DNA of 64,000 nt. Origin: Chiloscyllium plagiosum. Taxonomy: Eukaryota. Shown in pieces: positions 26,130 to 38,908 of this stretch; the stretch's first letter is position 1; the number at the start of each line of letters is the position of its first letter. Both the position numbers and the translations under genes were made by a program. The notes beneath the pieces were generated by a model. That model saw nothing but the letters and a program-made list of their open reading frames with translations, had not been told where the DNA came from and made no database searches. The stretch spans positions 16,853,177 to 16,917,176 of the forward strand of contig NC_057719.1 of NCBI RefSeq assembly GCF_004010195.1, given 5' to 3'.

Positions 26130-27970
26130 AACAAAGAAATAGCTGATGAACTAAGTGTATACTTTTCTTCTGTCTTCACAAAGGAGGGCTAAAATAAGAT
26201 ATCAAAAATGAAGGAAAACACAGGGTTTACTGAGAGGGAGAACTGAAGCAAATCTCTATTAGTAGAGAAATTGTGTGGAGAAATTGATGAGATTAAAAGC
26301 TGATAAATCCCCAGGGCCTGATAATCTAGAACGCAGAGTATTTGAGAGTGTTTCCCTAATAATAGTGGATGCATTGGTGGTCATCTTCCAAGATTCTTTA
26401 GACTCTGAAATGGTTCCTACAGATTGGAGGATAGATAATGTAATCCTACTATTTAAAAGGGTAATTAGAATGAACATGGAGTTATAGGTTAATGAGTCTG
26501 ACATTGGTCGTGCACAATATAAAAGAGTCCATTATCAAGGGTTTTATGGCAGAACATGTAGAAAACAATGCTAGAATCAGACACAGTCAGCATGTATCTA
26601 CAAAAGGAAAAACATGCTTGACATATCTGTTGGAGTTCTTCAAGATATAACTAGTAAAGTTGGTTGGGGGAGCCAGTGGATGAGGTTTATTTGGATTTTC
26701 ATGAGGCTTTCAACAAAGTTCAACAAATATTAATGTATAATATTAAAGTGCTTGGGTTTGGTGGTGGTGTATTGAGGTGGATGGAAAATTCATTAGCAGA
26801 CAGAAACAAAGAATAGGAATAAATTAGTCTTTTTCTGAATGGCAGTGATCGGTACTGGGGCACCATAGGGATCGGTACTAGGATTCCAACTATTCACAAT
26901 ATTTGATTTAGTTGAGGAAATTAGGTGTAATGCCTCAAAATTTGCAGATGACACAAAGTTTGGTAGAAGCATGGATTGTGAGGAGAAAGCAAAGATGTTG
27001 CAGTGTGATTTGGATAGGCTGAATGAGTGGGCAAATACATGGCAGATGCAGTTTAATATGGATAGATGCAAGGTTATCCACATTTTTAGCAAAAATTGGA
27101 AGGCAGATTATTATTTGAATGGCTGTAAATTGAGTGAGGGGAATTTTCAATGAGACCTAGGTGTCTTTGTGCATCAGTCATTGAAAGTAAGTGTACAGAT
27201 GCAGTAGGCAGAAATGAATGCAAACTGTATGTTGGCCTTCATAGCAAGAAGATTCCAGTACAGGAGCAAGAATATCTTGCTGCAGTCATACAGGACAATG
27301 GTGAGATCATCAAACGGGGAGAATGCGGGTAAGTGGAGTTGAAATGCCCATCAGCCATGATTGAATGGCGGAGTGGACTCGATGGGCCGAATGGCCTTAC
27401 TTCCTCTCCTATGTCTTATGGTCTTATATCTGGAATGTTATGTGAAGTTTTGTTCTCTTGATATGACAAAGGATGTTCTTGCTATAGAGTGGGTGCAGCA
27501 AATGTTTACTAAATTAATTCCTGGGATGGCAGGACCGACTTATGAGGAGACATTGAATTGGTTGGGATTGCGTTCACTGGAGTTTAGAAGAATGACGGGA
27601 GTGGAGGTGGTGATGATCTTGTATCATAAAATTCTCACAGGATTAGACAGGTTAAATGCAGGAAAGATGTTCCCGTTGGTTAGGAAGTCCAGAACCAGGG
27701 GGCATTGTTTATGGATAAGGGGTAAACATTTTAGGACTGAGATGAGAAATTTCTTCATCCAGAGAGTGGTGAGCCTATGGATTCACTAACACAGAACATG
27801 GTTGCAACCAAAACATTGTGTTTTCAAGAAGGGAGGTAGACATAGCTTTTGTGGCTGAAGAGATCAAGGGGTATGGGGAGGACAGGATTAGGGTGTTAGG
27901 TTTGATGATCAACTTGATCATATTGAGTGGCTGAGCAGGCTCAATGACCTACTCTTGCTCCTATTTTCTA
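26130..27970 (+). mobile_element. CR1 LINE RT region to 3' end, with a nested short CR1 tail near 27310-27425
   Basis: KSPGPD, VPTDWR, KFADD and LQCDLDRLNEWA..WQM peptides. Confidence 0.85.
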
Positions 27971-28666
27971 TGATTCTATGTGCTGTATCACGCCCATTTA
28001 AAAAAAAATTGTGATATAGTATTTCTAATTGAACAATGCTTTGTTCTTAGTTACTGTTTTATTTCTGTGAATCTATTGAGGCATTTGTTTAGCTTTGTAA
28101 GAATACATTGTCTTGGGTGGCAACATAAAAGTGGCAAAACTAGGTCAGACCTCTGTTTGAATTCCACTGGCCTTTCCTTTTACATGGAACAAGATGGGTA
28201 TAATGTGAAACTGTCTGCCCATTTACTACTGTTCTCCTTGTAAAAAGCCACCCAAAGAGAATTTGCATCCCATTGTGTATTTTAAAAACTCTTTAAGTTT
28301 AGCAATTTGTCACCTTTGTCCAACCTTTTCCCTAGAATATAAATTTTTTTTTTGCTCAAGGAAGCTGAGCTAATTTCTTGATTTAATTCAATATAGCACT
28401 CCATAAATAAGACAAAAATAACATGTCTCTTAAATCAACAGTTTATATTACTTGTAAATTCCTTGCATTAATGCCTTGCATTAATTCTAATAATCTCAAG
28501 CTGATTCCAGTATTGAGAAAGTATCATTCTAAAGTGGTAACACATTTGGTCTACTGTTTGTAGTTGTCATTTTCCCAATGAACATTGTAACTTTATTCCT
28601 CGCCCTGCACTCTGAATTAATATCGAGCTGCTGATCTACCTTTGAAATTGGCTACCTCTAAAACTC

Positions 28667-28694
28667 CTGAAGAAGGGCTTATGCCCGAAACGTC
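28667..28694 (+). ncRNA. Minimal hammerhead ribozyme core (helix I mostly lost)
   Basis: CTGAAGA-A-GGGC-TTAT-GCCC-GAAAC-GTC. Confidence 0.6.
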
Positions 28695-28751
28695 GATTCT
28701 CCTGTTCCCTGGATGCTGCCTGACCTGCTGCGCTTTTCCAGCAACACATTT
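28667..28751 (+). mobile_element. 85-bp PLE terminal-repeat insertion (family A) that starts at a hammerhead core
   Basis: Perfect 15-bp TSD ctacctctaaaactc (28652-28666 and 28752-28766). Homologous to 52059-52147. Confidence 0.85.
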
Positions 28752-28769
28752 CTACCTCTAAAACTCAGC

Positions 28770-29085
28770 AAGGAGGCATATTCCAAAGCCTTCCAACCAA
28801 ATATGAATGTTTGTGAGAAACAGCTGAGACGTGAAGGGAGAAATCTCTTCACCAAGAGAGTGCTGAGCCAATAGAATTCTCTGTGTTAGAAAGCACTTGA
28901 GGCCAAAACATTGAATATTTTTAAGAAGGAGTGAGATGTAGTTCCTAGGGCTAAACAAATCACAGAGTATGGGGTGAAAGTAGGAATAGGGTACTAAGTT
29001 GGATGGTCAAGCATGATCATATTGGATAGTAGACCAGATTTGAAGGAACAAATGACCTACTCTTGCTTCTCCTATTTTCTGTGTC
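28770..29085 (+). mobile_element. Old CR1 3' fragment
   Basis: Similar to 27700-27970, including the tail. Confidence 0.6.
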
Positions 29086-29853
29086 TCTCTGATAGCGTCT
29101 TTGTATTTTTCCCAATTACCATGTGTAATGGTCTAATTTAAGTACATCATTTCTAAATGCTTGCACCTTTTTTTAAAACACTGCAAATTCAGTATATTTC
29201 AAAATCCCAGGAACATTCTTCCAGTTCCTTTCTGTGGAGGGACAGATAATGGTAAAAACGGTTCCACTTCCGCTGCAATTGTATGATTTATTTTCAGGGC
29301 ATTCAGAGGTAGGGAATGGTATAATGCGCAAAATAGTGTATCATTTCATCTCAACAGTGAGCAACCTAAGAAAACCCACTTTTAATATAAAAATGTTTGA
29401 TTATAGTGCACCTATAATCAAACATTATAGTCTGTCATTCTACCAGTGTCACAGTGTTTGTGGAGTAAAAAGCCAGTATGAACTGCTAATTGCACCTGTT
29501 TAAACCGATTAGCTGACAAATGCATAGAAAGTATCTTTATAATTAACCTAAGAGTGATACAGTATAATCTTTGATTCATTTACAAAAGACACAGTAGTTA
29601 AACCCTGTAACCTCAAAAGTTGCACACAGAATAATGTTTTTTACATTGCATGATACACCTCACCTCTGTTCAGAAAACATATTCTGCCCTGGCATGGGCA
29701 ATGTCGTGGAGGTGCTCTTAAAATGCTCTTATAATACGACACCTTGATTATAACTTATTAAGACCAGGAGGTATTTGAGTTGTCCTGCCCAATAGCTGAT
29801 TGGTGGGTTGGACACATAACAAAGTCCTAATGTCTTCCCAGTGGCATTTCAGA

Positions 29854-30055
29854 GTCGAGGGTGTGGTGCTAGAAAAGCACAGCAGGTCAGGCAGCATCTG
29901 AGGAGCAGGAAAATCGATGTTTCGTCCGCATTCCTAATGAAGGGCTTTTGTCCAAAACATCGATTTTCCTGTTCCTTGGATGCTGCCTGACTTGCTGTGC
30001 TTTTCCAGCGCCACATTCTTAACACTGGTCTCCAGCATCCGCAATCCTCACTGTC
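29854..30055. mobile_element. Fold-back PLE-derived insertion (family A) with a decayed hammerhead
   Basis: An inverted copy followed by a sense copy of the PLE terminal repeat. Perfect 18-bp TSD tcccagtggcatttcaga (29836-29853 and 30056-30073). Confidence 0.85.
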
Positions 30056-31104
30056 TCCCAGTGGCATTTCAGATCTGACTAGTAAAACTGGAGCATGAGA
30101 GTGAGTTTTGTCTTTCCCATTGTCTGTACCTCACTGGAAAGGAAGTGCCTCTCCTCAGTACTGTAACTCATTTTGATAACCTATCTAACTTGGGAACTCC
30201 ACTTTCTCCTCTGCTGTTATGACTCCAGCCTCAGAAAACTTCACCATTATATATCTATGGTTCTCTGTATGTGAGATTGATGTTTTGTCTGTGGATTCAC
30301 ATTCACCAAACTCATTTTATCATTGAACATATACAGCAGCAGAGAAATGGTCCTCCAATCCATTGGAATCCTCATTTGAATTGATTTGTTAACAGTCTTT
30401 TATTTTCACGTTTTAAGTTATGGTACTGATCTGTGTTTTTTAAATGAGACTTGGAAGAAGTCAATACAAAAGCAAATAACCAGTTCTACTCTTAAAGGTC
30501 ATTAGACCCATCATTACTTTGATAGGAAATGGGAGCAAAATCTTTAAATTTACTTCAAGTTATAAATCATGGGGTCAGATTTTCAAATGTTTTCCATTTT
30601 GAATAGCAGTTGCTAAAGATTTTATATAATTTTACCACCATTCGGGGATTGTATAGCTCTTGTATTGTTCCCATCTGTTTGAATTTTATTGTGCTCTTTT
30701 ATATTTGTAGCAATAGCCTGATGATGATTGTTTTATTATCAAGCCCTAGTTAAGTTCAAATGTTGCATCTCAAAGGAAGAAATATGGAACAAAATACCTA
30801 GCTGAAAGAGTTTGGGTAGCATTTGACTTATAGGCAAAATGCATTACAAAATAAAATTATGTAGACTTTATGCACCTAAGTAGTCCATTCTATTTAACTG
30901 CTCAATTCTAGCATTCATGTGTCACGTGACCCACCTCCACCCAGCTCATGTTACCTTATTAGTATCATTGACTTATCCTGTTCTTTTCTTTTGTGTTTAT
31001 GCTCACATGCATCTGTATTATTGACCTCAACTTCTTGCAGCATTCTTGCTGCTTTTTCAGTATGAAGGAGCTTTTCCTGTTGGACTATAACTTGGGGTTG
31101 GCTG

Positions 31105-31208
31105 ATTCCTGATGAAGGGCTTATGCCTGAAATGTCGATTCTCCTGTTCCTTGGATGCTGCCTGACCTGCTGTGCTTTACCAGCAACACATTTTCAGCAC
31201 TGATTTTC
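31105..31208 (+). mobile_element. PLE terminal-repeat fragment with a hammerhead variant (31109-31136)
   Basis: CTGATGA-A-GGGC-TTAT-GCCT-GAAA-TGTC followed by the family A tail. Confidence 0.75.
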
Positions 31209-34200
31209 AAACTTGTCCACACCGGCATCTCCACATGTATAAATTCAAGACCAGCTTGAATATGTTAGCTACTCTATGGAGTAGCTCTGGGGATAAGGAA
31301 AATAAGCTGTAACTCATGAGAGTTTCCTGAAATGTAGTTTATTGAACATTCAGTGAACAGTTTGAAACTATTCTTCATCATTTTCCTCTTATTTCATTTC
31401 CCCTGAAGTTTCAACAACACACAGAGAAGCCACATGCTCAGAACTCATTTGGGCTTTGTCACATGCAGTATTGTACAAACCTGCAATAACTGGAGCAGTT
31501 TGAAGAATGGATATTGGAGCTGCTTTTATTAACCTTACACTCCCTTTAGTTCCATTGGTTGTCCAACATGTTAGTGAGTCGTGTGATGAAATCTCCAAGA
31601 CTATGCTTCAACCAGAATTGGCAATATTCAAAATTTTGTCATTACTTCAGAACTGTTTGGGATGTCCTGAGAGTGGAAAAAAGCTTACATAAATATCTTA
31701 TTTTTTTTTTTCAATTCATCTTTGGGATATGAATGTCACTGGCAAGACCAACATTTATTACTAATCTTTAATTGCTATTGAGAAGGTATTTTGCTTCAGC
31801 AGAGTTGTGTTTAGATTATTCACAGCCTCGATGTGCTTCTTTAAAGACAGCAAGGTCTTATTGCAGTAAATAGGAAAGTTCCAAATTCAATTAAAGGGTA
31901 ATTGAATTTTTTAAGTGCTTGTAGATTACCGGCTGTTCGCCAAAGTCAGAAGAACCAGCTGTAAATGACTGTCTTTCTCTCAAATACTTCTGACACTTAG
32001 AAGTGTGAAAGTGAGAATTGTTTTCTTTATTCACATAACAGTGTTTACTTTACAATATATTACTGCTGTCCATGCATCTTTCCATCCTAGCAGTGTTGTT
32101 GATTTTTCCTTTAAAGTAGAAGCAGAATACAGAGTACAGAATAGCCACATTACCAGGACTTAGTATCTCTGCACAGTGCTTCGCACAAAATGAGTCCAAT
32201 CTCTGTTAGAATGTGTTTTTTTTATACTTTTTAACCTCAAGATTTAAACACTTTGCTATTTTCAGGTTTTTAATCTACCCAAACATGTAGTTACCAAGTC
32301 TGTTTGCAAGGATTCTGGGTAATCCAAGATGAAAGATGGGGAAAAAATTATGGTTGTAAGAGCTGCTCCTTTTTTGAGGTATTTTAGATGTTGGAGCTGA
32401 TTTCTTTGAATTCTAGGAGCGGTAATTACTGCTTTATAAACTGTTGCGTTGTTTTGGAATTTTGGGGAAAGAATGATTAAAACAACAATTTTAAAAAGAA
32501 GGAAGCTAGACAAAGGCAGAGACCACATGGTCAGTGTATCAAACGAGAAAGAAACCTACACTGCTGTCTGACACAGCAGTGAATCTGCACAGCTACTGCC
32601 TTTGCTGTTGGAGTTCAAGCATCTCTGGACATCAGAGCACATCTAAGAAAAATCAAACAACAGCAAAATTCACAGCTGCCCTTGGAGGGCCGCGTTGGGG
32701 GGAGCTCACAGCACAGGAGCAGCTAAGTGCATAATTTTTAAGTGAAATCTTGCTGTTCATTTTTTTTTGTAAATCAATAATAGTGAGTAGAGTGGATTCT
32801 TTTTTTTTGATTATTTGTTTTATTGAGATCTATCTCTTAATTAAATTTTTAAAATATAAAACATAGGTGCTAAGTTAGCCTGGAACAGTGTTTTTTAGAG
32901 CAGTAGGGCTGTGCTATTTTCTGGGTCTTTGGATTGTTAAGGTGAAAAGGTGGCCTTTAGTAGAGTGATGTGCTCTTCTTGTTGGTTGTGGGAGGCTAGG
33001 AAGAGTTTCCATGTTACTGATGATTATGTATGCAGTAAGTGTGTTTGGTTGTTAATCCTATCCGATCCTATGGATCGGTTGGAGCAGCAGTTAGAGGCAA
33101 TGAGAAATTTACAGGAGCTTAGGGATATGATCGATGGCAGTTATAGGAAGAGAGAAAAACCACAGATACAATCCGGTAGATGGTTACCTCCAGGAAGGAT
33201 AGAAAAAGGAGGCAGATGTTGCAGGAGTCACCTGTGGCTATCCCCATCTCAAAACAAGTAAGCTGTTTTGGAAAATGTAGGGCGTGATGGAATCGCAGGG
33301 GAATGTAGCATGAACAGCCAAGTTTCTGGTACCAAGACTGGCTCTAATGTAACAAGAGGTAAGTCAGGTTCCAATCAATCGATTATGATAGGGGAATGTC
33401 TAGTCAGAAGCACAGACAGAGGTTTCTGCGGCCAACAGCAAGAAATCAGAATGGTGTGTTGCCTCCCTGGTTCCAGGATTAGGGATATCTCGGACTGTGT
33501 ACAGAATATTTTTAAAGGAGAGGGGGGCCAGCAGGAGGTCAGTGTATACATTGAAACTAATGACATAGAAAGGGAAAAAGATGAGATTCTGAAGTGAAAA
33601 TGTAGGAACTTTGGCAAAGATTTAAAAAGGAGGTCCTTGAGGGTTGTAATATCTGGATACTCCCCGTGCTACGAGCTAGTGAGGTTCGGAATAGGAGGAT
33701 AGAACAGTTGAATGCGTGGCTAAGGAGCTGGTGCAGGGCAGAGGCGTTCATACTTTTGGATCATTGAAATTTCTTCTGGGGTAGAAGTGACCTGAACAAG
33801 AAGGACGGATTGCACCTGAATAGGAAGGGGACTAATAGACTGGGAGGGAGACTTGCTACAGCTGCTCAGAAGGATTTTAACTAGTAAGGTGGGAGGATGG
33901 AACCCAGGAAGGTAATGAGGAAAGAGAACAGTCTGAGACTGGTACAGTAGGAAAAGGAGCAAGTCAAACAGTGAAGGCACGCAGGAACAAAACAGAGATC
34001 AAGGTTGGACTGATAAATGAAGTTTAACTTATTTCAATGCAAGAAGCCTAACTAGAAAGGTAAATGAATTCTGGGCATGTTTAGAAACTTGGGACTGGGA
34101 TATCTTAACAATTACAGAGACATGCCTGAGGGATGGACGGAACTGGCAGCTTAATGTTCTGGGATACAAATGCTATAGGACAGATAGAAAGGGAGACGAG

Positions 34201-34649
34201 AGGAGGGGAGTGGCATTTTTAATAAAGGATAACATTACAGCTGTACTGAGGGAGGATATTCCTGGAAATATATCCAGGGAAGTTATTTGGGCGGAACTGA
34301 GAAATAAGAAAGTGATGATCACCTCATTGGAATTGTATTATAAATCCCCGAATAGTCAGTGGGAAATTGAGAAACAAATTTGTAAAGAGATTTCAGTTAT
34401 CTGTAAGAATAATAGGGTGGTTATGGTAGGGGATTTTAACTTTCCAAACATAGACTGGGACCGCCATAGTGTTAAGAGTTTAGATGGAGAGGAATTTGTT
34501 AAGTGTGTACAAGACCATTTTCTGATAGTGTGTGGATGTCCTTTCTATAGAAGGTGCAAAACATGACCTACTCTTGCGAAATAAGGTAGGGCAAGTGACT
34601 GAGGTGTCTGTGGTTTGGGGCCAGTGACCATAATTTTATGAGTTCCAAA

Positions 34650-34871
34650 ATAGTGATGGAAATGGATAGACCGGATCTAAAAGTTGATGTTCTAAATTGG
34701 AGGAAGGCCAATTTTGATGGTATTTCTTTTGTTGGAATATCCTCTCCTGCTGAAACCTATCACATTTCCAACGCCCCTCCTCCAAGTCCCTCCATAGTGA
34801 TGGAAATGGATAGACCGGATCTAAAAGTTGATGTTCTAAATTGGAGGAAGGCCAATTTTGATGGTATTTCT
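34650..34871 (+). repeat. Perfect 78-bp direct duplication (34650-34727 and 34794-34871) around a 66-bp PLE-derived filler
   Basis: Direct comparison; also visible as a repeated peptide in ORF 34638..34955. Confidence 0.9.
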
Positions 34872-35219
34872 CTAGAACTTTCAAAAATTGATTGGGGGGG
34901 CAGACGTTTGCAGATAAAGGGACAGTTGGAAAGTGGGAAGCCTTCAAAAAAATGAGTTAATGAAAGTCCAGAGACCGTATATTCCTATTAGGGTGAAATG
35001 CAAGACTGGTAAGTGTAGGGAATGTTGGATGACTAGAGAAATTGATGTTTTAGTCAACAAAAAAAAGGAAACCAATGTCAGGTTATGGACCACAGAGATC
35101 AAGTGAATCCTAAGAGTATAAAGGCAGTAGGTGTATGCTTAGGAGGGAAATCAGGAGGGCAGCTGAAACTTTATTGCTGGAACAGCACAGCAGGTCAGGC
35201 AGCATCTAGGGAACAGAAG

Positions 35220-35255
35220 ATTCGACGTTTCGGGCACATGCCCTTCTTCAGGAAT
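35220..35255 (-). ncRNA. Minimal type-I hammerhead ribozyme motif, intact
   Basis: Reverse complement reads ATTC-CTGAAGA-A-GGGC-ATGT-GCCC-GAAAC-GTC-GAAT. Confidence 0.72.
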
Positions 35256-35352
35256 GAGCAGAGAGTGTTCAGCAGGAGAAGATAAAAGGTAGGGAGGAGG
35301 GACTTGGAGGAGGGGCGTTGGAATATCCTCTCCTGCTGAACACTCTCTGCTC

Positions 35353-35388
35353 ATTCCTGAAGAAGGGCATGTGCCCAAAACGTCGAAT
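35353..35388 (+). ncRNA. Hammerhead motif with GAAA changed to AAAA (likely inactive)
   Basis: ATTC-CTGAAGA-A-GGGC-ATGT-GCCC-AAAAC-GTC-GAAT. Confidence 0.55.
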
Positions 35389-36469
35389 CTTCTGTTCCCT
35401 AGATGCTGCCTGACCTGCTGTGCTGTTCCAGCAATAAAGTTTCAGCTTTGATCTCCAGCGTCTGCAGACCTCACTTTCTCCCCAAATCAGGAGGGCAAAA
35501 AAGGCATGAGATAGCTTTGGCAAATAAGGTTAGGGAGAATTCAAAGGAATTTTATAAATACATTAAGGACAAAAGGGTAACTAGGGAGAGAATAGTGCCC
35601 CTCCAACATCAGCAAGGCAGCCTATGTCTGGAACCACAGGAGATGGGGGAGATATTAAAAGAGTATTTTGCATCGGTGTTTACTGTGGAGAAGGACATGG
35701 AAAATTTAGAATGTGGGGAAATAGATGGTGACATCTTGAAAAATGTCTGTATTACAGGGGAGGATGTTTTATGATGCATAAAGGTAGATAAATCCCCAGG
35801 ACTTAATCAGGCATACCCTGGAACTCTGTGAGAAGTTAGAGATATGATAGCTGCATCCTTCACATGGAATACAGGGAGAACTAGCCATTTGGATACAGAA
35901 CCAGCACAAAGGTAGACGACAGAGGGTGGTGGTGAAGAGTTGCTTTTCAAACTGGAAGCCTGTGACCAGTGGTGTGCCACAAGGATTGGTGTTGGGTCCA
36001 CTACTTTTCATCATTTTATGTAAATGATTTAGATATGAACATAGCAGATATAGTTAGTAAGTTTGCAGATGACATCAAAATTAGAGGTGTAGTGGACAGC
36101 GAAGAAGGTTACCTCAGAGTACAATGGGATCTTGATCAGATGGGCCAATGGGCTGAGGAGTGGCATATGGAATTTAATTTAAATAAATGTAGGGTGTGGC
36201 ATTTTAGAAAGGAAAATCAGGGCAGGGTTTATATACTCAATGGTAAGGTCCTAGGGAGTGTTGCTGAACAAAGAGATCTTGGAGTGCAAGTTCATCATTC
36301 CTTAAAAGTGGAGTCCCAGGTAGATAGGATAGTGAAGAAGGCATTTGGTATGCTTTCCTTTATTGGTCAGTACATTGAGTATAGGAGTTGGGAGGTCATG
36401 TTGTGGATGGTTATGCCATTTTTGGAATATTGTGTGCAAGCCTGATTTCTTTCCTATAGGAAGGATATG

Positions 36470-37065
36470 TAAATGACAAACAATAGAGGACCCAGCACCG
36501 ATCCTTGTGGCACTCGACTGGTCACAGGCCTCCAGTCTGAAAAACAATCTTCCACCACAACCCTCTGTCTTCTACCTTTGAGCCAGTTCTGTATCCAAAT
36601 GGGCTGTTCTCCCTGTATTCAATGAGATCTAACCTTGTTAGTCAGTCTCCCATGGGGAACCTTGTCGAACGCCTTACTGAAGTCCATATAGATCACAACT
36701 GCCCTCATCAATCTTCTTTGTTACTTCTTCAGAAAACTTAATCAAGTTTGTGAGACATGATTTCCCATGCACAAAGCCATGTTGACTGTCCCTAATCAGT
36801 CCTTGCCTTTCCAAATACCTGTACATCCTGTCCCTCAGCATTCCCTCCAACAGCTTGCCCACCACTGAGGTCAGGCTCACCGGTCTATAGTTCCCTGGCT
36901 TGTCTTTACTGCCGTTCTTAAACAGTGGCACCACGTTTGCCAACCTCCATGTCTTCCGGCACCTCACCTGTGACTATCGGTAATATAAATATCTCAGCAA
37001 GAGGCCCAGCAATCACTTCTCTAGCTTCCCACAGAGTTCTCGGGTACACCTGATCAGGTCCTGGG
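36470..37065 (-). mobile_element. CR1 RT fragment, inverted relative to its neighbours
   Basis: ORF 36674..36967 contains WRLANVVPLFK, NYRPVSL and QHGF. Confidence 0.88.
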
Positions 37066-37074
37066 AATTTCTAC

Positions 37075-37775
37075 CCAGAGGGTAGTACGTGTATGGAATG
37101 AGCTGCCAGAGGATGTGGTGGAGGCTGGTACAATTGCAACATTTAATGGGTATATGAATAGGAAGGGTTTGGAGGGATATGGACTGGGTGCTGGCAGATG
37201 AGTCTAGATTGGGTTGGGATATCTGATCGGCATGGACAGGTTGGACTGAAGGGTCTGTTTCCATGCTGTACATCTCTATGACCTGATGATATTGTGAAAC
37301 TTGAAATGTTTTAGAGAAGACTTACAAGAATGTTGCCAGGGTTGGAGGTTTGAGCCTGAATTGGCTGGGTTTGTTTTCCCTGGAGCGTCGGAGGTTCAGG
37401 GATGACCTTATAGAGGCTTATAAAATCATGAGGGGCATGGCTAGGGTAAAAGAGTGGGTCTTTTCTCTGGGGTGGAGAGTCCAGAACTGGATAGCATAGG
37501 TTTAGGGTGAGACGGGTAAGATTTGAAAAGGACCCGGGGTAATTTTTTTCATGCAGAGGGTAGTGTGTGTGTGAAATGAGCTGCCAGAGGAGGTGGTGGA
37601 GGCTGGTACAACTACAACATTTAAGGCATCTAGATGGGTATATGAATAGGAAGGGTTTAGAGTGATATGGGCCAAATTTTGGCAAATGGGAGGACATTCA
37701 TTTGGGATATATGGTCAACGTGGATGAGTTGGACCAACGGGTCTGTTTCCATGCTCTACATATCTGACTCTATGA
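37075..37775 (+). mobile_element. Two CR1 3' fragments
   Basis: Two CR1 tails, at about 37285 and 37775. Confidence 0.85.
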
Positions 37776-38469
37776 TGTTCATAAGGTATTTTGCCAGAAG
37801 CTTTGCTGAGTAATTATCTGGAGAATCCTGGAATATATCCTACACTAAAGTATTCCAGATACTTAAATCATCTATTTATTTGCAAGTTAATCTTTAAAGA
37901 GGCTTTCTGTATGGATATGTCATGACCAGCTCTGAGGTGGAAATGCTCTGTGAATGGTGAACATCAGATGTGCATATGCTTGCCACTGTCTGCCTCGAGA
38001 CGTGAAAAGAGCCAATATTTTGTGGTTATTTAACTCTGTCAGTTTTATAAAATGGTGGTAAATAATCCTGGACAGAGTCCAGATGTTCTTATAGCTCTGA
38101 TGGTATCTAAACATCATGGAAATCCCCTTGTCACTTATCTACTGGAATTAATGTGAATGGAGTTGGTCTGTTTCCAGATTTCTTAGGAGCCCTTTTCTTT
38201 TTAAAAACTTGATCCATGCCAAGTTAACCACTCAGTTTACTCATGAACAACTGTATCTAATCATTCAAAAGAGATGAACTGTATTCTTATCAGTAATGTG
38301 TGATAGATGTATCCTGTGGGAATCTCGGGATGCCAGATAAATTGCTGTTTCCTGTCCTCTGTGTGTTCTTCATGCCCAGTCTCTAAGGAAATAAAGATTT
38401 GTACTTTATGACTAGATAACGTCTTCAAGATTAAGTATGCAAAAGTTAATACTGGTGCAAATTAAATGA

Positions 38470-38650
38470 AAATAGATGCTGGAAATGCACAATAGGATAG
38501 GCAGCATCTGTGGAGGGAGAAAAGTTCCATGTTTTAGGTCCTTGACCTTTATCAGGACCAATTGTCTTGAGGCATTAACTCTCTTTCTCATTTCCCAGAT
38601 GCAGACTTATTTGCTGAGTATTTCCAGCACTTACTGTTTGTTATTTCATA
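38470..38650. mobile_element. Old fold-back PLE-derived element with a hammerhead remnant
   Basis: Arms tgctggaaat.../...atttccagca. The minus strand reads CTGATAA-AGGTC-AAG-GACCT-AAAAC. Confidence 0.55.
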
Positions 38651-38908
38651 TTCCCTGTGACCTACTAATTTTGCTTTTGTAGTGATACAGCTAAGTCGAT
38701 CATTATTTGTATTCAGCTGTGAGATATGAGAATTGCTAATGAGACCAGCATTAGTTGCTTATCGCTAATTGCCCCAAAGATGTGGTGCTGAGCTGCCTTC
38801 TTAAACCACTACCATCTGATTTAGGTATGGCTCGGGTGCTGTGGATAAGGACTTTCAGGATTTTTAACGAGCAATGGTGGCGCAACAGCAATACCCTTCC
38901 AAGTTGAG

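Larger units (their letters stand above)
35162..35483. mobile_element. Young fold-back PLE-derived insertion (family A) inside the CR1
   Basis: Near-identical inverted arms of ~120 bp. Perfect 14-bp TSD aaatcaggagggca (35148-35161 and 35484-35497). Nearly identical to 51990-52147. Confidence 0.9.
32200..36468 (+). mobile_element. Near full-length, decayed CR1 LINE (5'UTR, ORF1 zinc finger and esterase, ORF2 APE endonuclease and partial RT); 5' boundary uncertain
   Basis: ORF1 MCSSC...YVCSKC and IGECLVRSTDRGFCG; EN motifs ITET, GVAFLI and MVGDFNFPNIDW; RT VSKFADD. It has an internal RT deletion near 35860. Confidence 0.85.

Noticed and set aside
34650..34871. Repeat-spacer-repeat pattern reminiscent of CRISPR
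   Set aside because: Eukaryotic context, only two 78-bp copies of CR1 sequence, and no cas genes.
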